Source of the DNA: a virus
Lineage: Duplodnaviria > Caudoviricetes
IMG/VR virus record: IMGVR_UViG_3300023079_000004
Span: 1-62,375 of that record
DNA: 62,375 nt
Direction: 5' to 3' (one strand)
Part shown: positions 62,267 to 62,375 of the stretch, in pieces
Layout: the number at the start of each line of letters is the position of its first letter
Numbering within the stretch: the stretch's first letter is position 1
Notes under the pieces: model-generated
Seen by the model: only the letters and a program-made list of their open reading frames with translations
Database searches by the model: none
Told to the model about the DNA's origin: nothing
Translations under genes and position numbers: made by a program

Positions 62267-62375
62267 TGGGACACGCATATCTGCCGGGGCCGGACGGCCT
62301 CTGCTCCTTCACGTACCCGACCAGCGTCGCCGGTGTGACGGAGAGCGGGCTCGTGACGTGCCGTCTGGACGCGTA
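62241..62375. repeat. Terminal direct repeat, right copy
   Basis: Matches 1-135. Confidence 0.95.

Overview
The window looks like one complete, circularly permuted genome of a GC-rich tailed (siphovirus-like) actinobacteriophage. The unit length is about 62,240 bp, because bases 1-135 recur at 62241-62375 with 2 mismatches. Essentially all credible genes are on the + strand. I found no integrase, repressor or partition system, so it is probably lytic. Endolysin type, lipoprotein signal and a neprosin-like moron hint at a filamentous actinomycete host such as Micromonosporaceae (inference). Gene order: RuvC-like resolvase and small genes; JAB/MPN protease; terminase; portal; MuF; a large VIP2-type ADP-ribosyltransferase; head and tail genes, including a probable +1 frameshifted tail chaperone; endolysin and holins; then a 30-39 kb array of small genes, many behind a copy of the same promoter plus leader (ACTACCCGGGAGG). 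After that come an SNF2 helicase, an exonuclease/AAA/SSB recombination module, a TOPRIM-MCM primase-helicase, and a nucleotide-metabolism cluster around DnaE (FAD oxidoreductase, HAD, Nmad1-like, UDG, Dcd, VOC-like, SDR, variant ThyX, MazG-like, NDT-like). Strongest novelty candidates: (1) two tRNA-like RNAs sharing the same abnormally long anticodon arm, one of them partly complementary to the repeated leader/SD motif; (2) a probable unknown pyrimidine-modification pathway; (3) promoters whose -35 box sits in the loop of a hairpin; (4) an H-C-C-H module present five times in unrelated proteins. All protein calls come from motifs recognised by eye; no database search was run.
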